Shown: positions 61,622-64,000 of the stretch, one piece after another | Position numbering within the stretch: position 1 is the stretch's first letter | Layout: every line of letters starts with the position of its first letter | Origin: Candidatus Spongiisociaceae bacterium | GTDB taxonomy: Bacteria > Actinomycetota > Acidimicrobiia > Spongiisociales > Spongiisociaceae | NCBI GenBank assembly: GCA_965202665.1 | Contig: OZ241841.1 | Span: 1,280,001-1,344,000 of the forward strand | Direction: 5' to 3' | Length of the DNA stretch: 64,000 nt | The notes under the pieces: generated by a model | Databases searched by the model: none | Seen by the model: only the letters and a program-made list of their open reading frames with translations | What the model was told of the DNA's origin: nothing | Made by a program: the position numbers and the translations under genes

Positions 61622-63529
61622 TCAAATATCCAGGAACCGGACGTCGCCCGCATTGCGCTGAATGTACAGCTTGCGGGCGGCCACATCGTCCCCCATCAGC
61701 ACCGTAAACCGTTCGTCGGCTAAAGCGGCGTCCTCCAACTGCACCCGCACCAGGGTGCGGGTGGCCGGGTCCAAGGCGGTGACGCTCAACTCGGCGTCGT
61801 TCATCTCCCCCAGCCCTTTGAAGCGGGTGGGTTTGGCTTTGGGATGGTCGACGCGGAACTTTTCCAAGGCGGCGTCATCGGCCAAATAATGGACTTTTTT
61901 GCCCACCTTCACCCGGTAGAGGGGCGGCACCGCGATGTACACGTTTCCGTTTTCGATCAGCCCCCGCATATGGCGGAACAGGAAAGTGAGCAACAGGGTG
62001 CGTATGTGGGCCCCGTCCACATCGGCGTCGGTGAGGAGCACCACCTTGCCGTAACGGCGCTTGGCGATGTCGAAGTCCTCGCCGATGCCGGTTCCGATGG
62101 CGGTGATCAGGGCCTGAATCTCCTTGTTCTGCAAGGCCTTGCCCAGCCGGGCCTTCTCCACATTGAGGATCTTGCCCCGGATGGGCAGCACCGCTTGGAA
62201 CTCCGATTCGCGCCCGTTTTTGGCCGGGCCCGCCGCCGAATCCCCTTCTACGATGAACAGCTCGGCCCGGTCGGGGTCGCGGGTGGCGCAGTCCACCAGT
62301 TTGCCGGGCAGGGTGGAGGAACCCAGCAACGACTTGCGCCGGATCATTTCCCGGGTCTTGCGGGCGGCTTCCCGGGCGTGTTGCGCTTGACGGGCTTTCT
62401 CCACGATGCGCCGGGCTTCAGTCGAATAACGTTCCAACCATTCTGGCAACATCCTATTGAGCATCTTCTGCACGTAACTGCGAACTTCGGTATTTCCCAG
62501 CTTGGTTTTGGTCTGCCCTTCGAACTGGGGATTGCGCACCTTCACCGAAATCACCGCCGTCAGGCCCTCCCGCACATCTTCCCCGGTCAGGTTGCTGTCC
62601 TTCTCCTTAAGCAGGTTTTTGGCCCGGGCGAAGTCGTTGATGGCCTTGGTGAGGGCGGTTCGGAAGCCCTCCTCGTGGGTCCCTCCTTCGTGAGTGTTGA
62701 TGTTGTTGGCGAAACTGAGCACGCTTTCGCTGTAGGAGGAAGTCCATTGCAGGGCGGCGTCCATCGTGATGTCCTCGCCTTCTTCCTCCAAATTGACGAT
62801 GTGCGCATGCAACGGGTCGCGGGAGCCGTTCAGATGCTTGACGAAATCCGACAGGCCGCCTTTGTAACGAAACTCGTCGGCGCGCCCGTTGCGTTCGTCA
62901 GTCAGCCGAATGCACAGGTTACGGTTCAAAAAGGCCAACTCCCGCAGGCGTCCGGAAATGGTTTCGTAATTGAAGTCGGTGGTGTCGGTGAACACCTCCG
63001 GGTCCGGCCAGAAGGTGATGGTGGTGCCGGTGCGTGTCAGCTTGCGCCCTTTGGCCACCTCCGCCTGCACCGGTTTGCCCCGGATGAACTCCTGCGACCA
63101 TACGAACCCGTCCCGCACCACCTGCGCCTCCAGCCGCTCCGACAAGCCGTTGACCACCGCCATCCCCACCCCGTGCAGGCCGCCAGAAACGATGTAGGCC
63201 CCTTCCTCGAACTTGCCGCCGGAATGGAGGGTGGTGAGCACGGTGGTCAAAGCGGAACGACGGGTCTTGGAATGCCGGGCCACCGGGATCCCCCGGCCGT
63301 TGTCCACCACCCGGCATCCCCCACCGGACAACAACGTGACGTCGATCCGGTCCGCAAAACCTGCCACCGCCTCGTCCACCGAATTGTCCACTATCTCCCA
63401 CACCAGATGGTGCAGGCCGCGCGGGCCGGTGGAGCCTATGTACATGCCGGGCCGCTTGCGGACCGCTTCCATCCCTTCCAGGACTTTGATGTCTTTGGCG
63501 CCGTAATCCGACGCTTGTCTGGTAGTCAC
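61622..63529 (-). CDS. gyrB: DNA gyrase subunit B
   Basis: [52 protein letters not shown]; probable GTG start at 63529. Confidence 0.98.
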   Translation of the reverse strand: MTTRQASDYGAKDIKVLEGMEAVRKRPGMYIGSTGPRGLHHLVWEIVDNSVDEAVAGFADRIDVTLLSGGGCRVVDNGRGIPVARHSKTRRSALTTVLTTLHSGGKFEEGAYIVSGGLHGVGMAVVNGLSERLEAQVVRDGFVWSQEFIRGKPVQAEVAKGRKLTRTGTTITFWPDPEVFTDTTDFNYETISGRLRELAFLNRNLCIRLTDERNGRADEFRYKGGLSDFVKHLNGSRDPLHAHIVNLEEEGEDITMDAALQWTSSYSESVLSFANNINTHEGGTHEEGFRTALTKAINDFARAKNLLKEKDSNLTGEDVREGLTAVISVKVRNPQFEGQTKTKLGNTEVRSYVQKMLNRMLPEWLERYSTEARRIVEKARQAQHAREAARKTREMIRRKSLLGSSTLPGKLVDCATRDPDRAELFIVEGDSAAGPAKNGRESEFQAVLPIRGKILNVEKARLGKALQNKEIQALITAIGTGIGEDFDIAKRRYGKVVLLTDADVDGAHIRTLLLTFLFRHMRGLIENGNVYIAVPPLYRVKVGKKVHYLADDAALEKFRVDHPKAKPTRFKGLGEMNDAELSVTALDPATRTLVRVQLEDAALADERFTVLMGDDVAARKLYIQRNAGDVRFLDI

Positions 63530-63742
63530 TAGTCCGCTTTCTCCAAACCGGGCCCGTTTGGCCGGGCTTCTTCCAGTGCGTTGAGGGCCGCCCGCTGGTT
63601 GCCGTGCAGGCGCCTCTCTTTCTCGTCCCGGCCGACTTTTCCACGGCCTCGTCCACCGCCCGCTCCGGCCCTCCGCTAGCCGACCCGGCGGGCGCTTCCC
63701 TCCCCCGGCTTTTAGACCCGGGGCCAACGCCCCGCGCTGTTT

Positions 63743-63771
63743 ATTCTAGTAGGTTTCCACGGCTAAACCAA
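63743..63771 (-). promoter_or_regulatory. Putative gyrB promoter (TTGGTT-N17-TAGAAT)
   Basis: Minus-strand hexamers at 63771-63766 and 63748-63743 with a 17-nt spacer. Confidence 0.55.
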
Positions 63772-63797
63772 GCCTTTCCATCCTGCTCCGCGGCGGA

Positions 63798-64000
63798 TTA
63801 AGAAACCGGCGAAAACCCCGTCTGACCAGGGTTTTTACCGTCAGGGGAAGAGGGGCGGCGGGGAGGGGCGGCCACCCTGACCGACCGTACCACCCCCGGT
63901 CCGAAATGCCGTTCCAACCGCGCCTGCAGTTGATTAGCCGAGAAAGCCAAAACGCGTACCATGGCGGCTTCTCTGGACTGCACCGTCAACTCTCCGTGCC
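63798..64000 (-). CDS. DciA/DUF721-family protein, C-terminal part (runs off window end)
   Basis: GELTVQS...QLQARLERHFGPGVVRSVRV; lies directly upstream of gyrB as in actinobacterial dnaA regions. Confidence 0.7.
   Translation of the reverse strand, partial: HGELTVQSREAAMVRVLAFSANQLQARLERHFGPGVVRSVRVAAPPRRPSSPDGKNPGQTGFSPVS

Overview
High-GC actinobacterial chromosome segment; gene content and SLH proteins suggest class Acidimicrobiia (inference). The right end (DciA-like, gyrB, gyrA, DUF3566) is the usual origin-proximal block. From left to right: (1) dnaK-grpE-dnaJ. (2) A ~10 kb divergent respiratory cluster. Its left arm encodes a cbb3 CcoN homologue with no histidines at all, a CcoO-like haem c protein whose distal Met position is His, a monohaem cytochrome c and a 30-aa membrane peptide. 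Its right arm encodes a membrane protein, a 2x[4Fe-4S] ferredoxin, a split b6-type cytochrome b (haem ci Cys) with subunit IV (APWY), a Rieske protein, a dihaem cytochrome c and a 3-TM protein. (3) rex and a complete nuoA-N operon. (4) Bactofilin-like and SLH surface proteins. (5) A lower-GC Fic gene beside a strand-skewed 72-bp tandem repeat. (6) Metabolic genes: ROK kinase, PaaI, Lnt, IclR, deoD, aat, ald, a GcvT-family dehydrogenase, a ClpX-zinc-finger/HutI-like fusion, GDPD, CCA enzyme, HDAC and xylAB. The best candidate for an undescribed system is the respiratory cluster: a cofactor-less haem-copper-oxidase scaffold paired with a ferredoxin-linked b6-type complex, where three subunits share an N-terminal helical motif. 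All assignments come from reading motifs by eye; no database searches were run.
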